Source: Utricularia gibba (taxonomy: Eukaryota; Plantae; Magnoliophyta). From it: a stretch of DNA of 64,000 bases. The translations under genes were made by a program, and so were the position numbers. Where the stretch lies: assembly GCA_002189035.1 (NCBI GenBank), contig NEEC01000009.1:2542001-2606000 (forward strand), given 5' to 3'. Below are positions 34,446 through 47,629 of the stretch, one piece after another. Numbering within the stretch: position 1 is the first letter of the stretch; each line of letters opens with the position of its first letter. The notes below the pieces were generated by a model, which was given only the letters and a program-made list of their open reading frames with translations, was not told the DNA's origin and searched no databases.

Positions 34446-37108
34446 CTACAATGTCACACACACCCCACATCTCCTGATATGATCATTCAAAAAATTTACA
34501 TGTTCACACCATAAGCTTCGTACCTGGGGTGGAGCCACTTCCAGCCATGGCTTTGCAGGTCCATTGAAATGTAAAACGGCTGCCCCTTGTAGCTCATGCT
34601 TTTGTAGTTTTGGGTTTTTATAACCCAGACCTGATAGCTGCCATGCTGGTTCGAGGTGATGCACGTGATTCTCAAATGCAAGCAAGGCTGGTGGAAGGAC
34701 TCCGGGTGGACGCCATAGAGCAAACCCGGCGTGCAGATTCTGTAGAATAATGATCATGGGTAGTGTGGATGAGTTTTACTTTCATGAATGAACTTACTCA
34801 CTTGTTTCAGCCATTGATGGTAAGAAGAAGTTATGTCTGTTTTCCTCCATCTTCCAAGGTCAATGATATTTACTCCGAAGAGCCATCTGCGGCTATCTGG
34901 ATCCACCTTGGCTGATATAATTGGGTCGGAATAATTGAAGTAATCTCCGTACTTGTCACCATTTGAGTCAAGGACAGCACCCAGAACATTGCTTTCTAGG
35001 TCCAATTCCCACAAAGGCATCAAGTCGTGTTGAACAATAACATCATCGTCCAATAGCACAACTTTATTCAGGTCTGGGAAAAGCTGGTTATTTAACCAAC
35101 AGGCAGTAGTATGTCATTCTTCACCACGTCTACTAGTAAAAGGGAACAAGTAGAAAATCAGAAATTTAATTACCTCAGGCAGATACATCCGGAGATGGTT
35201 TAAAGGCGAGGTGGCACTCAGACTGAGAAAATCGAGACGATGATCATTTTCTTCCAAAGATAAGTCCTCTATGGTCCTCAGAACCTGGTACTCATGTTTC
35301 CAGAATTGATGCTGAAGCTCTAGCATCTCCTTGATAAGCATATTCATCTCCTGAGGCCAATCATACTGATGCAACCCCTTGATCTCCACAACCGCCGAAG
35401 GGACTTCATTAAGTGCAAACCACGCATGCATAGATGCATACGTTTTCTTGTCAGTCAGAACATGGAACACCAAATTTTCAGGATGTCTTGAAGCATTCAC
35501 GGCAGAAGAAATAACCACAGAAGCAGCCAGGATATTGTCAGTTAAGAGAACTACGTGATGAAAAGAATGGTTTGTCAAGCGATATACATATTGCGGAGGA
35601 AACAAGTCCTTTCGAGCATCGGCATTCGTTGCGTATTCGTCAGCCAACTTCAGTGTTAGGCAGTGAAGACCATTAGGAACCCCACGAGCAGCTAAATACC
35701 AAGTAAAATATTCCCGCAACCTAGCCTTCTTCACCCTGTACTCCATCTCCGAAATCTATAAAAAAAAATTGTAAAAGATCAATAGAACAAAAGCTTAACA
35801 TTTCGCAGAGAAAGTTAGAAAATAATTACCACGGCCTTTATCCCTAAAGCAAGATACTTAATGTCTTGTCCGTTCAGCATCGTATCATGTATAAGATCCC
35901 TAAAATTTTCAGGTCCCAAGTGTGAATTCTTTATTGTAATAACTCCACTCGCATCCGCAACATCGTTGATAGTGATTGCCTCCAGCAAGGTCCTCGTCAA
36001 CTCTTCCCTCACCTGCCCAGATTTGTAATGCAAATAATCATTCACAGAGTCAACATAGAAGAGCATGAACCAGACTCACTATTTTAGAAGAATGCAAAAG
36101 CTACCTATGTCACTACGTGCTATAAAGCTACTTGACTAGGCTAGCAATTTTTTTATACCACGTGTAGATTCACATCATTTAATTTCACTTTAAAGAAATG
36201 CTGAGTTCACCTAACATATCCATCCCAATGCAGCGTATAGTGAACTCATAAATAAACAAAGAGTAGTCAACCAAACACAATTTAATTTCAAACAGTACAC
36301 TTCTTTGAACCTTCAACAATGAAGACATTTATCATTGCTTCCCAAAGTAAAACTATATAGTTATCCATTCTAAAATAAATTGAAGTTCTTTTCACCAAGC
36401 TGGACCACTCATACCAGGCAACAATCATAATTAAAAAAGAGCAACTTCCTAAGCCTTTTCCAACAAACAAACGTATGATCCAGGAATAGGGACAGTGTCG
36501 ACAGCTAAGAATAGATCGAGATGCTTATCCTCTTCTCCGTCCACACAATTTTTACACATTTTTTTCTGAAACTTTACTATAAGAGAAAATTTATGGAACA
36601 AGATTGTGTTGCAAAGAATCAGAATCAGCAAGATTTCTTGAATGAAAATTACTCTAACTTCTGAAATGCGAACTGCAGAGTGGGAATCAAAAAATTAAAT
36701 AACCGGCTTTATCAAGCATTGATGACATTCACATGAATGGTGTACGGCACAACAAGATACGGTTAAAAGTTAAACAAAAAAAAAAAAAAGAGGATTCGGA
36801 ATTTACTCACCGTGGCAGCATCGCTCCCGCCAAAAAACCTCCAGGGTAAACATCCTGCAGATTCGACGATTGAAATTTACAATCTTTATCCCAAAGTACA
36901 AATCAAAAAGAGGGAGATGAACAGAAAAAAAGGGAGGAAAAGTTAAATGAAGATTACTACTCGAAGAAGACAAAGGAGCAGCGGAATCGAGAACCAAAAA
37001 CGCAGACCGTAGAAAGGCAATCGGCAAAATCAGTCCGACCAGCAACCTCACCGTCCGGCGAGAAATCCACCGGAAAACCAGTGTAGGCTGCGAATTCTTC
37101 CACTCCAT
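34446..37108 (-). CDS. GAUT15: Galacturonosyltransferase (GT8), GAUT15-like
   Basis: Six exons. TM anchor, GVPNGLHCLTLKLADEYATNA, LTDNILAASVV, NHLRMYLPE|LFPDLNKVVLLDDDVIVQHDL (DxD), VLHFNGPAKPWL. The start codon is tentative. Confidence 0.9.
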
Positions 37109-38599
37109 CCAGCATCTACGGATGGATTTACATATTCAAGATTAGTGATCCCGCTGCCAACATTTCCGCCAATCGAAAACCTCTGCGTTCACTCATATCC
37201 GGCAAGAAGACTGCTGAACCGAATGAGATCAGGAAAAAAAGCAAGCCACCGACAGAGCCAAAATTGGAAACTCCGAATAGGAATCGGAGGAAAAATGAGA
37301 ACAGAGTAGTTATTGAGCAGCAGAATGCATGGCGGAGGAGAAAAGGATGTGCATCATCACGCACATAGGCAGCAACGTACCTGCGATGTGAATGAAGCAG
37401 AAACAGTAGCAGTTTCAACGCCCACAATTGTCCCGTTGCCGTCGTTTGTACCAAGAAACGGGCCCACCGATGCCGCGTTTCAATGCCCATGGGCCCGATT
37501 CCCAAGCTTTTTCAACGAGCTCTTTCATGGCGCTTCCTTTTCTTTAATCTCGGTGATAAACCAAATAAAAAAATAATCATTTTTATTTATATCATTAAAA
37601 TATGGAAATTTATGTAATTTGGAGGTTAGTTATAGTCTGTAGACCACTCTGTGGGCCCAGTGGGCTTTTGATGGAATCCCGGCAAGTGGTACCTCTACGG
37701 GCAGGTACACAGTATAGCGCATACACCCCCTCCTATTAGCCAACCAACCAACCATTTCTAGTAACGGCCGAGGAGGGTGGGCCCCGATACAAGACTTGGG
37801 AAGGAATTCATGAATTCCATCAAAATTTACCCGAAATTCAAGTGAGATGCAGATTAGATTTGCAGTGCAGATGTTTTTTAAATGAAGTCGTCCGGTTCAT
37901 TTGCGGTTTTTTTTTATTTTTTTTTATTTTTGGTTGGGATGTGCACGTCGGTCCGTGGTGGACACGCACTTGTCACATGGCGGTTGTTGTCCGTAGGACC
38001 GACAAGGCATGTTGCAGGGAACATGGGGACTTGGCAATTTGTGTGTGGAATCAGCGCCATTTCGGGCGGGCACCCTTTCAATGCTATTGCTACCTAACCT
38101 GGACCATTCTCTTTCACCAATGCAACTACCCTTGGGCTTAATTTTCCATCTTGGTATTTGATTTCGAAACAGTATATTATATGTATCAATAATACTCACA
38201 ATTTGTAAGGTATCATAATATTTCTATCGTACTCGTTATAGAAGCGTTCCTTAGGATCCAAAATTTTTTAGAAAGAATGAAAAAAATAATATTAATATAA
38301 TATTAGCATAATTATTTATATGTTTGAATTTCATTTAATTGATATAAGAATTTATAATGATTGTATTTGGAAATGAGAACTTAAGTGGGCCGGACTCATC
38401 AGCCCAATTGGGATGGATATTTCTGTGGAAGCCCAGGAGAGTGGCAGAATAACATCCCAACTGTTCGTTTTCAACCGACAATATTATAGGAACTGTTTTG
38501 TATCTACTGGAATCAACCGTAGATAATCAAACCGGAATCAACATAACCAACACACAATAAGCAATACAAAAGAATTGCATGCACTTCATGTCTCAAGGC

Positions 38600-39335
38600 T
38601 CAGTACCCGGTCCGGCCCTCGTTCGCCATCTTGAAGACCCTGGCTTGAGCTTCAGCTTCCTGGTTGGATCCCAGAGCCGCGATGAAACTCTCCCTCACTT
38701 GGCTAGTCGTGTATGGAAACCTCCCGTGCACCATGGAGTTCAGAAGAGAAGCCGTCCCTTCCCGGTAGAGCTCCCCGTACCCGTCGCTCCGGGGGTTCGA
38801 AAGCGCCTCCATCAAGTTGGCATTGTGGCTGAACCCCGGCACCGTCGGGATGCCAAACGCGTTGCTGAGTGTCCCCAGCCACCCCGCTAATCCCCACACC
38901 ATCGATGGGTGGTTCTTCCAAAAGCTGCATTCAAAATTAGTTCAAGTAAAACTCCAAAAAAAAGTGTCTGCGTGACTGTGTTGTGCTTCTTCCTTTTCTC
39001 TGAACTTACATGCAAGTGAAAGGAGGAGAGGGTTGCACAGGCGTAGTTGGAGTATACGGGGCAATCACTGGTGTAGTCGGGGTGGTAAAAATGGGCGGAT
39101 TCACGACGACTGGAGTGGGAGTAGGGGTGGTAACAATGGGCGGATTCACTGTGACAGGAGTTGGTATCCCCTGCGTTGGAGTTCCACAGCTTACAGGCGT
39201 CCCATGCTGAGGAGGGTAGTTCGGAATAGGCTCATGGGAGTAGTAATTCTTCTCATCTTCGAAGACAAAGGAGGAAGCCGGCGAAAGAACAAGGACAGCA
39301 GAGCACAAAAGCAGGAACCCTGGCTTCATCTCCAT
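38600..39335 (-). CDS. PDF1: PROTODERMAL FACTOR 1-like Pro/Thr-rich secreted protein
   Basis: Exons 39335-39010 and 38924-38600. Signal peptide, FEDEKNYYS, TP/PP repeats, FTC|IFWKNHP, DGYGELYREGTASLLNSM, SNQEAEAQARVFKMANEG. Confidence 0.92.
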
Positions 39336-39935
39336 CGATTCTCCAAGCTCCAAACCGCTGAGTTGAGAAGCAAGCAAGGCCTGCGTCATATATAAAGAAT
39401 CAAGAAGCTTGGCGTGAATTAAATGGAAGCTGGTCACCAAGTATGCAGTTGGTTGCGGTTGCTGCGGGTGCATTCAACAGCACTTGCGCATTATAAGGCC
39501 ATTGTTTGGCTTTTCCTCACTATTGTGATATTATTTGAAACCGATACATCATGTACTTGAAATCCGTGTCTTTCCTTATTATATGAAAAAAAATTAAAAA
39601 AACATTTATATTTTAACATAAATTACAGAAAATATAACCTATGTTTTATTACAAGTAAATGATTTTTCATCCATATTTGTGTTTAGTAGGTGGATTTAGC
39701 AATTAGGGTTTTAGCGGACTAGGGCTGCGCCGTCTAACCCTAATCAGATTTAGCAATGAGGGTAATACGCGACCCCAAATGGAAATAATGTTGTAGGCGG
39801 TATCTCTAATTTGTTATTTAATATTATTTCAAATCATTTCAAGTCTTCATTACAACATCATTCAATTCCAAGACACGTATAAGGTGGAGGGTTGAACCGC
39901 TAGCTGCAATTGAATTTATGTTTTGGTCGTACAAG

Positions 39936-39943
39936 TAAATGCA
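39936..39943. promoter_or_regulatory. L1 box TAAATGCA, ~600 bp upstream of PDF1
   Basis: Exact TAAATG(C/T)A match upstream of a gene family known to be ATML1/PDF2-regulated. Confidence 0.55.
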
Positions 39944-41348
39944 ACGCGCATCAATGGTTAAAAAAAATTGTTACTTATATTATAAGAATGCGTTTGATAA
40001 GATAATTTAATTAATAGTGTATTTAAATAAATATATGACTATTAAGGATTGTATAAATATTGAAAAACACGTCTATTAAATCGACATAATTATCAATATA
40101 ACATTATATGATAAAGTTACATGTTCACACAACTAAGATCTTGCTTGTTTGAAAATATTGGTATTATATTAATTAAAATGTATTTGCTACCAAGCATATT
40201 ATACGTATTTTCTATTCAACTAAAATATGTATTATTTGGGTATATCTAATTTTGTATTGAATTGATGTAATCTTGAGAAAAAAAATCATCTCATGTTATT
40301 TTTATTATTCGATGTGGAATAAAACAGTGATGTTACCGGCGATGTGGGGCTCGGCGGTTTGATGATTATTGATAGGCATAATTGGAGGCGTAACGAGACA
40401 CCGGCGGCGGCGGCATAAACCGGAGTTTTGAAAAATTTAAAATAAAAAAAAAGGGGAGTAAATGGGTGCGAACTGCGACAGAAGAGTTGGTGAAGACACC
40501 AACGCCGCAAACCCTAACATTCAATGATTTGTGAAGTCACGCACTCACACTACATGACCCGGTTTTCTTTATGGTGCCAAACCGCGTGGACCGGACCGGT
40601 GAATTGATGGTAACCCACCCTTTTCTTTCAATTATTTTTCCAATAAGAAAAATATAAATTCACATTAAATAACCATACCAATCATTTTTTTTAAATTGTG
40701 TAAGAGTTCGTTTGATAGTAAAGTAAGTATAATGTAATTATGTATGTATATATTTATTTGTAAAATATATCATAAATTATGTGTTTGATATCTGAAATAG
40801 AGATATAGGATATAATAATCAAAAGTGTATAAATGAGAAAAGATGTACTAATATAGATATAATTAGTCTTTCATCTATTTTTATATATTATTTAAATGGA
40901 GTGTATGAGTAGTATAATGATACAAGATTGACATATACATGTTAACTAATTAATTTATATGAAAAATTAAGTATAAATATTCTATAATATAGTAACAAAC
41001 ATCTTGTAAAAAACATGTTCATATATTAGGGAGACGATTTAATTTAATTTTCGATATGAAATTATTAATTTTAAAAAGGTTAATGGGCCTGTGGCTCATT
41101 CTCTTATTGGTTGGGCCTAGGCACCGACTATTGACAGCAGGGCTTAGCTGTCATCTGCTGAGAGAAGAAAGTGGGGAGGAAGCTTCCATTGGAAACTGGA
41201 TGGAAGTTTCAACCCTCCGATGGCATTCTTCCTCCGCTTCCTCGCAACGCATCCATTCGCCATCTATATTTCCCCGCTCCGCTGTGCTTCGTTCCTAAGT
41301 ATTACCCTGTGGAGCGCGGAGACTCGGGATTTGTTGATTTAGCATTCG

Positions 41349-41705
41349 ATGGATTCCGGTGATTGTGTTGACTTTCAAGACTTGCTGCCTGTGATGGCGG
41401 AGAAGCTCGGCGGGGATGCGTTGATCGGGGAATTGTGTAACGGGTTTCGATTATTGATGGATCCGGATAGAGGAGTCATCACTTTCGACAGTCTGAGAAA
41501 GAACGCTGCTTTGTATGGGCTGCAGGATTTGAGCGCTGACGAGCTTCGTGGGATGATCGAAGAAGGCGATTTTGATGGGGATGGAGCGTTGAGCCAGATG
41601 GAGTTTTGCGTTTTGATGTTCAGATTAAGCCCGGAATTGATGGACGAGTGCCGGTGGTTGCTGGGAGAGTCGCTTCAAGGGGAAGGATTCCCCTGTTTCT
41701 ATTAA
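41349..41705 (+). CDS. PBP1: KIC/PBP1-like single-EF-hand calcium-binding protein
   Basis: FQDLLPVMAEKLGGDALIGELCNGFRLLMD..GVITFDSL, EGDFDGDGALSQMEFCVLMFRLSPELM. Intronless. Confidence 0.92.
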   Translation: MDSGDCVDFQDLLPVMAEKLGGDALIGELCNGFRLLMDPDRGVITFDSLRKNAALYGLQDLSADELRGMIEEGDFDGDGALSQMEFCVLMFRLSPELMDECRWLLGESLQGEGFPCFY

Positions 41706-42709
41706 CGTTGCTCTTGATTCTTGTACTTGCGAAATTGACTGGTTATCCCCTGTAACGGCTATTTTTGTTCCGTCGGAATTCCAGAAGATGACCGACCGTT
41801 ATCGCCTCATGTTTCGTTGATCTCTTGTATGTTTCAGCGTCTCCGTCGTCTCCATTCTCTACCCAAACGTCTCCTCTCGGGATCTCCAACATTCGTAGAG
41901 ATCCCCGGGATCGACGCCCGATTGATCCTTGATCCTGATTTTCAGGTTACAGAAACGAGAGCTTTCTCGTTCATTTTTGGATTGAATGACTGTGTCGATG
42001 CTTTGAATGCGTAAAAAGGCAAGATCGTGCATAGACAGATTTCTGTGAAAAAGTGCATCCCAATTTCAATTCTTGGCTGCGGAATTGGGGTTGTGCCCCA
42101 ACTCCCATCCCCAATCGATTTCGTGAAATTTGAGTCTTGGCTTTGGATTATTTCTTCTAGCTGTGATCCTGAATCCCCTGCGCGAACTCCTCAGAGGATG
42201 GGTTAACTTCCTGCGATGAAGTCACTCGTTTGGATTGTCGGAATCTTGTCATCGGAGATGGGTTCTTTTTTTTTTTCAATGGCAAGTGCTGTTGATTATC
42301 TGTAATGACGATCCTAAGGTTCTTGGTGAAGGATGTAGGCTTGCACCGCCCTTCTTTATCAAGCTATTCTTTTGCCTCCTATCTCCGATCACATGTCCGA
42401 TGGAGCCGCAGAAGGGACTCCCTCTCAATGGTCCAAGTGTGATCGGAGCTTGCCACTCGCTTTGAATGATAGCAATGAACTTGACTTCTTGTGGATGGCG
42501 TTGATTCTTCTCTGCTATTGAATGTGTGATAATTGTTGAACTCCAGCACTTGTAGCCTGTCTGAAAGTTGGATATTGAATTCAGACTGGTCAGGCTTGGT
42601 GTCTGAATTATTGCATTACAAATAAAGATTATTTTATTGGAAAAAGAAGAAGGAAAAACGCATCATCCATGAATCCATGAATTTGGTCCATTCGCGTTCC
42701 CACTCTCCA

Positions 42710-43276
42710 ATGGCTGCTACGCCTTACGCGTGCGCCGTCTTCTTCCCCAACAACATCCCAATTCACTCTCTGGGTTCATCACTTTTTCCGATTCAGCCAA
42801 AGAAATACGCCCCGGGCTTATCCATTTCCCGGACAATCGCAAAGCGCCACTCAACAACCCCAAGGTTCAGCGGTTCCCCAGCCCCAGAAAACCAGAACTC
42901 TCCACCCCCTTTCGGGTACACCAGAAAAGATGTGCTGTTAATCGGACTGGGAGTTACAGTCGCCGGGATTGCGCTGAAGAGCGGATTGGAGTATTTGGGA
43001 TTTGATTCTCTCAAGGCAGGGAATGTGGTTCAGCTCGTGCTGGTGTTGGGCCTCACTGTTGGCTGGATTTCAACATACATTTTCAGGGTGTCAAACAAGG
43101 AAATGACATATGCACAGCAGTTGAGGGATTATGAAGAGAAAGTGATGGAGAAAAGACTGGATAGTTTGACAGAAGCAGAACTGGAAGCATTGCTTGAGCA
43201 GGTGGAGGAAGAGAAGAGAAGGCTTGGGATTGGTGGTGGTCCTGAGGATGCCAAGAGTAGTAAAACAACACCATGA
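42710..43276 (+). CDS. Plastid membrane protein of the DUF3007 family, intronless
   Basis: Transit-like N-terminus. PFGYTRKDVLLIG, GWISTYIFRVSNKEMTYAQQLRDYEEKVMEKRL..LTEAELEALL. Confidence 0.85.
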   Translation: MAATPYACAVFFPNNIPIHSLGSSLFPIQPKKYAPGLSISRTIAKRHSTTPRFSGSPAPENQNSPPPFGYTRKDVLLIGLGVTVAGIALKSGLEYLGFDSLKAGNVVQLVLVLGLTVGWISTYIFRVSNKEMTYAQQLRDYEEKVMEKRLDSLTEAELEALLEQVEEEKRRLGIGGGPEDAKSSKTTP

Positions 43277-43592
43277 GATCATCATGGTACTGGTAGTGTG
43301 CTTCTGGCTGGTTTGCCTCTCTGTATTCAATTGGCATATTGTAATGAACTGTGCTGCTTCCATCTATGTCTATAGTAGTCGCTGCTGCTGTTCATTGTCA
43401 TGCATAAAACACACAATTACAAAGTAGAATGATGTTGAGAGTAATGAATAGACAAGGAACTGTTACTCGGAGAAGAGAAGGCAAAAATCTCATGCTGTTA
43501 TTCAACAACAACAAAAAGAAGTATAAGTTAGTAGCAACACCACCGACTGAATCCATTTTGAGGGCGATCATCGATCATCTGTGGCATGTGAT

Positions 43593-46500
43593 TTACAAGA
43601 ATACAGGAGCCATCACAAGAGTAATGGTCGCCAGCAGCTTGATCAGAACATGGAGCGACGGCCCCGCTGTGTCCTTGAAGGGATCTCCCACACTGTAATC
43701 AGAAATCATCCCATGTTCTCAATCATCAGACTGGTATTGTCTAGGAGGTGCAGTAGCTAATGTGATGCAATGTGTAATAAGTATGAGGTGCTTACGTATC
43801 ACCGGTGATAGCCGCTTTGTGACAATCGCTCCCTTTGCCGCCGAGTGCACCTGTTTCTATGTACTTCTTGGCATTATCCCAGGCACCTCCCGCGGTGTTG
43901 AGGAAAAGGGCCATGAGGATACCAGACACAGTTGCAAACATAAGCATTGAAGCCACCACTTTCGCACCTAGCAGAGGATGCCCAGTGTAGGAACCGAGTA
44001 CTCGAAATGAAAAGCCTATGTGAAGGAAATAAGTTAGGTTTATGCTTATGCTGATGCAGTTACAAATTAGATCCAACGTATTTTGAAAGGAGAACCCACC
44101 AACAACGATAGGTGATACGATAGCTAGAGCACCGGGCTTTACCATCTCCCGTAAGGAAGCAGATGCAACAATTGAGACGCACCGATTATAATCAGGTTTC
44201 TCCTTGTAATCCTGAAAGCACATGGGTGATATCAGACGCTGCAGTGACAAACTATTTTACATGCCATGAAAGCTTCTAATCAGAGACAGAATCACACAGA
44301 CCATGATGCCTGGCCTCTCAATGAACTGCCGCCTTACTTCAGTAACCACTTCCTGAGCAGTTCTCCCTACAGCAGCACAGGCCCATGCACTGAATAGAAA
44401 TATAAGCATCGAGCCTAGCAGTCCACCAACAAAAACTTCAGGAATGGCAATATCAACCTGCAAAAAAGCTTTCTGAGGAAATATAGCTTGAAGCATAACT
44501 GGTAAGCAACTTTAAATGAACAATAAACAATGTACAGGAGCTAAAAAGGACCACACTTGGACGCTGGAAGATAAACGATGCCTACTTGGTTAAAAGGCAC
44601 TTGCGCAAAAGATGCAACTTCATCCATGTAAGCACTAAAAAGGAGAAAAGACGCCAATGCTGCAGACCCAATTGCAAATCCCTTTGTTGTAGCTTTTGTT
44701 GTATTTCCAACAGCATCAAGAACATCAGTAATCTCTCTCACGCTTTCAGGCTATATGGTTGGGGTGTGCAGCACAAAAATAAACACCATGGTGAAAAAAA
44801 AGAAAATAAAACTTGGTATTGAGTAGATAGTGAAGATTTAATACCTGCTGACTCATTTCCGCAATGCCACCGGCATTATCAGCTATTGGCCCAAACATGT
44901 CCATTGTGAGCACATAAGCTGCCGTGCTGAGCATTCCCATAGTAGCAACAGCCGTTCCAAACAAGCCCCCAGTAGGATTTCCAGACTCATCTACAAGTCC
45001 TGAAGACTGGCCAAGCCAAAATGCAGAAACAATAGAAATGCTGATGACGAGAACAGGAAGAGCTGTTGACTCTAGACCCAGACTAACTCCAGCTATTATA
45101 TTAGTCCCATGACCTGTGGAGCTAGCAAGGGCTAGTGTTCGCACAGGCTCATGCTTATAATCTGTGTAATACATTGTGATCCAGACAAAGATATAAGCTG
45201 TCATTATCCCCACTAGGCCGCACAAGGCAAAACTGAACCAAGCAGACGGTGCTTGTTCGGTGTAGAGCATCCAGCGTGTTGACTATGAAAACAACAGAGA
45301 AAGTTGATTAATAAGATAGCAAAGTTTGTAAAACATGAAGCAATGCAGCATCATAAAGTGATGAAGGGAGGCACTGAAGACAGTACAATTTTAGAGTCCA
45401 TAAGAATAAGATCAAGAAGAGAGAAATCGTTTGTAAGGTCATTACCAAACCAAAGGTTAGCACAGCTAACATGACTGTAACAGAGTACCCTCGCTGAAGA
45501 ACTGCCATTGGATCATCTGTGATCGTAGGCCCTCCGGATTCATGTTTATTTCGAGTAGTAAAGATGCCAATTGATGATATGATAAGGTCAAATGAGTGCA
45601 CAACCAGAGGAAAGAGGATGAAGCCTGATGGATCTGCAATTTTAACAGGGAAACTCATGATCCAATCACAATTTTCCAAAGCTGTCGAGTACAAGTAGCC
45701 AGAAATAATGAACGTTCTTTTATGAAATATCATATAAACACAGAGAAATAATCTCTTACCATCAATTTTACAGCGTTTTGCCATTGTCCCACCTAGTATC
45801 ATTGCACTAATTATTTCAGCAGCAATGCTTTCAAAAAGATCAGCACCTCGAGCAGCACAATCACCAACATTGTCACCAACCTTCATGTTGTAAATTGTGA
45901 ACATATTACAGTAGTGTTGAAAAAACACTATTAGAGAAGTATAATGAAAGTTTTAGCATTCGCAACTTTCCACATGAACAGATGGTCCTATTAATATATT
46001 TGATCACAAAAAGAAAGGTAAGAAGTGGAAGAATACTTTACCAGATCAGCAATAACACCAGGGTTGCGTGGATCATCTTCAGGAATACCCTGTTCTACCT
46101 TTCCAACCAGGTCAGCACCAACATCAGCCGCCTTTGTATAAATTCCACCACCCAGCTGAGCAAAAAGTGCAACAAATGAAGCGCCAAATCCATATCCAAC
46201 AAGGAGAAGAGGCACTGGAAATGAAACAAGGAGACAAATCATTAACCACGGCAAGAAGTAGTACCGATAGTGAAAGTTGTAGCACAGACTAATATGCAAA
46301 CAAAACTTACATTCCGTAACCTTCATGGAACCAGGAAAATCTACACCCAGCCATACATAAAAGGTAGAATAAAGAATAGAAATTCCAAGGACCGCCATTC
46401 CAACTACTACCAAAGCAGAAAAACCACCAGCACGAACAGCAATCTGCCAAAGATTCACCACAGTAAATAGAGATGAAAGGCACCCCAAGTATCAAAGCAA

Positions 46501-47629
46501 ATATGTCAGATGAAGTGCCTGCAATGCCTCTCTCGCAGACCGTCTTGCTGCACTAGAGACCCTGACATTTGCACGAACAGAGACCCACATGCCAACATAT
46601 CCAGCAATGCCAGAACATAGAGCCCCAAGAAGGAAAGAAGCTACAGTAATGTACGCTGACATTGCCCTGTGTCATTACAAAAAACATTTAGACTAGGCGA
46701 GATGGACCCATGAACTAAGCCAGAAAGTGTTGCTGAGGAGACCGAGTGGAAACTTGCAGAATGAAAGAGATGAAAAGGCATAAAACTACCTTCCTACACC
46801 AGAAGCTTCTTGCTGAGGAGTAGTACTGCGAAAAAGGTAAATACATAGGATAACTAATCCTAGAAAAATAGCCATCCTTGAAATTGCTCCATACTGTGTC
46901 CTAAAAAATCCCTCCGCACCATCACGTATAGCATCTGATATCTAGAATGTACAACAATAATGTCATTGCATTGTCTTAGCTTTTTCATTAGCTGAATATC
47001 AATCCCATTGCATACAGAATAAAATCCTCATAATGTTCATAAACTCTCACTGAATAAGGAAGAGGCCAGAAGCAGAAGCACAGGGAAAATAAAAAAAATA
47101 GGAAAATAACTGACCTGAACCATCTCAGGGGGGCCCTCATCTTTAGATAGCACCCATTTAGTAAGGTATATCGATATGAGAAAACTGACAATGCATACTG
47201 AAAACACGAACAGAATAATCGCTGAGGTTCTTGCAGCTATGTAAAATATTGCTCCAATTCCACAGAGCAAAACCACCAAAAGTGCACGAGAATTTATTCT
47301 CATGAGCAACCGAAAAATCTGCAGGCCATTTTCAGCATATGTTAGCTGTGACAAAATCTGTGCGTGTGTCAAACATCACATCCACAAGATCCATACATAA
47401 TTCAGAACAAAAGGACAATGTAAAAAAGATGCCATTATAATGAAAAGTCATTATCGTCGTTGGTATGCATAAATAGCTTGAATTAGCAGAATACAGAATA
47501 TTGGCAGGCAAAACGAGACATCTGGGTTCAGAGAGACACGATTACCAAAGGTGTGTGCCGCATATTAGGAAATGTCCTTGATCCTTCCTGATACGGTCCC
47601 AAGTTTCCATCCTCAATATCATCATCCAT
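43593..47629 (-). CDS. AVP2: Type II (K+-independent, Golgi-type) H+-translocating pyrophosphatase
   Basis: About 14 exons. MDDDIEDG start, [59 protein letters not shown] (Lys variant = K+-independent), [24 protein letters not shown]. Confidence 0.95.

Noticed and set aside
37109-37505. Upstream ORFs or an alternative N-terminus for GAUT15
   Set aside because: The weak similarity in another frame has no ATG, and the ATG at 37108 already gives a plausible type II membrane topology.
37850-38140. Short inverted repeat GTCGGTCC...GGACCGAC and a MITE-like look
   Set aside because: Only an 8-bp core, with no terminal repeats or TSD identified.
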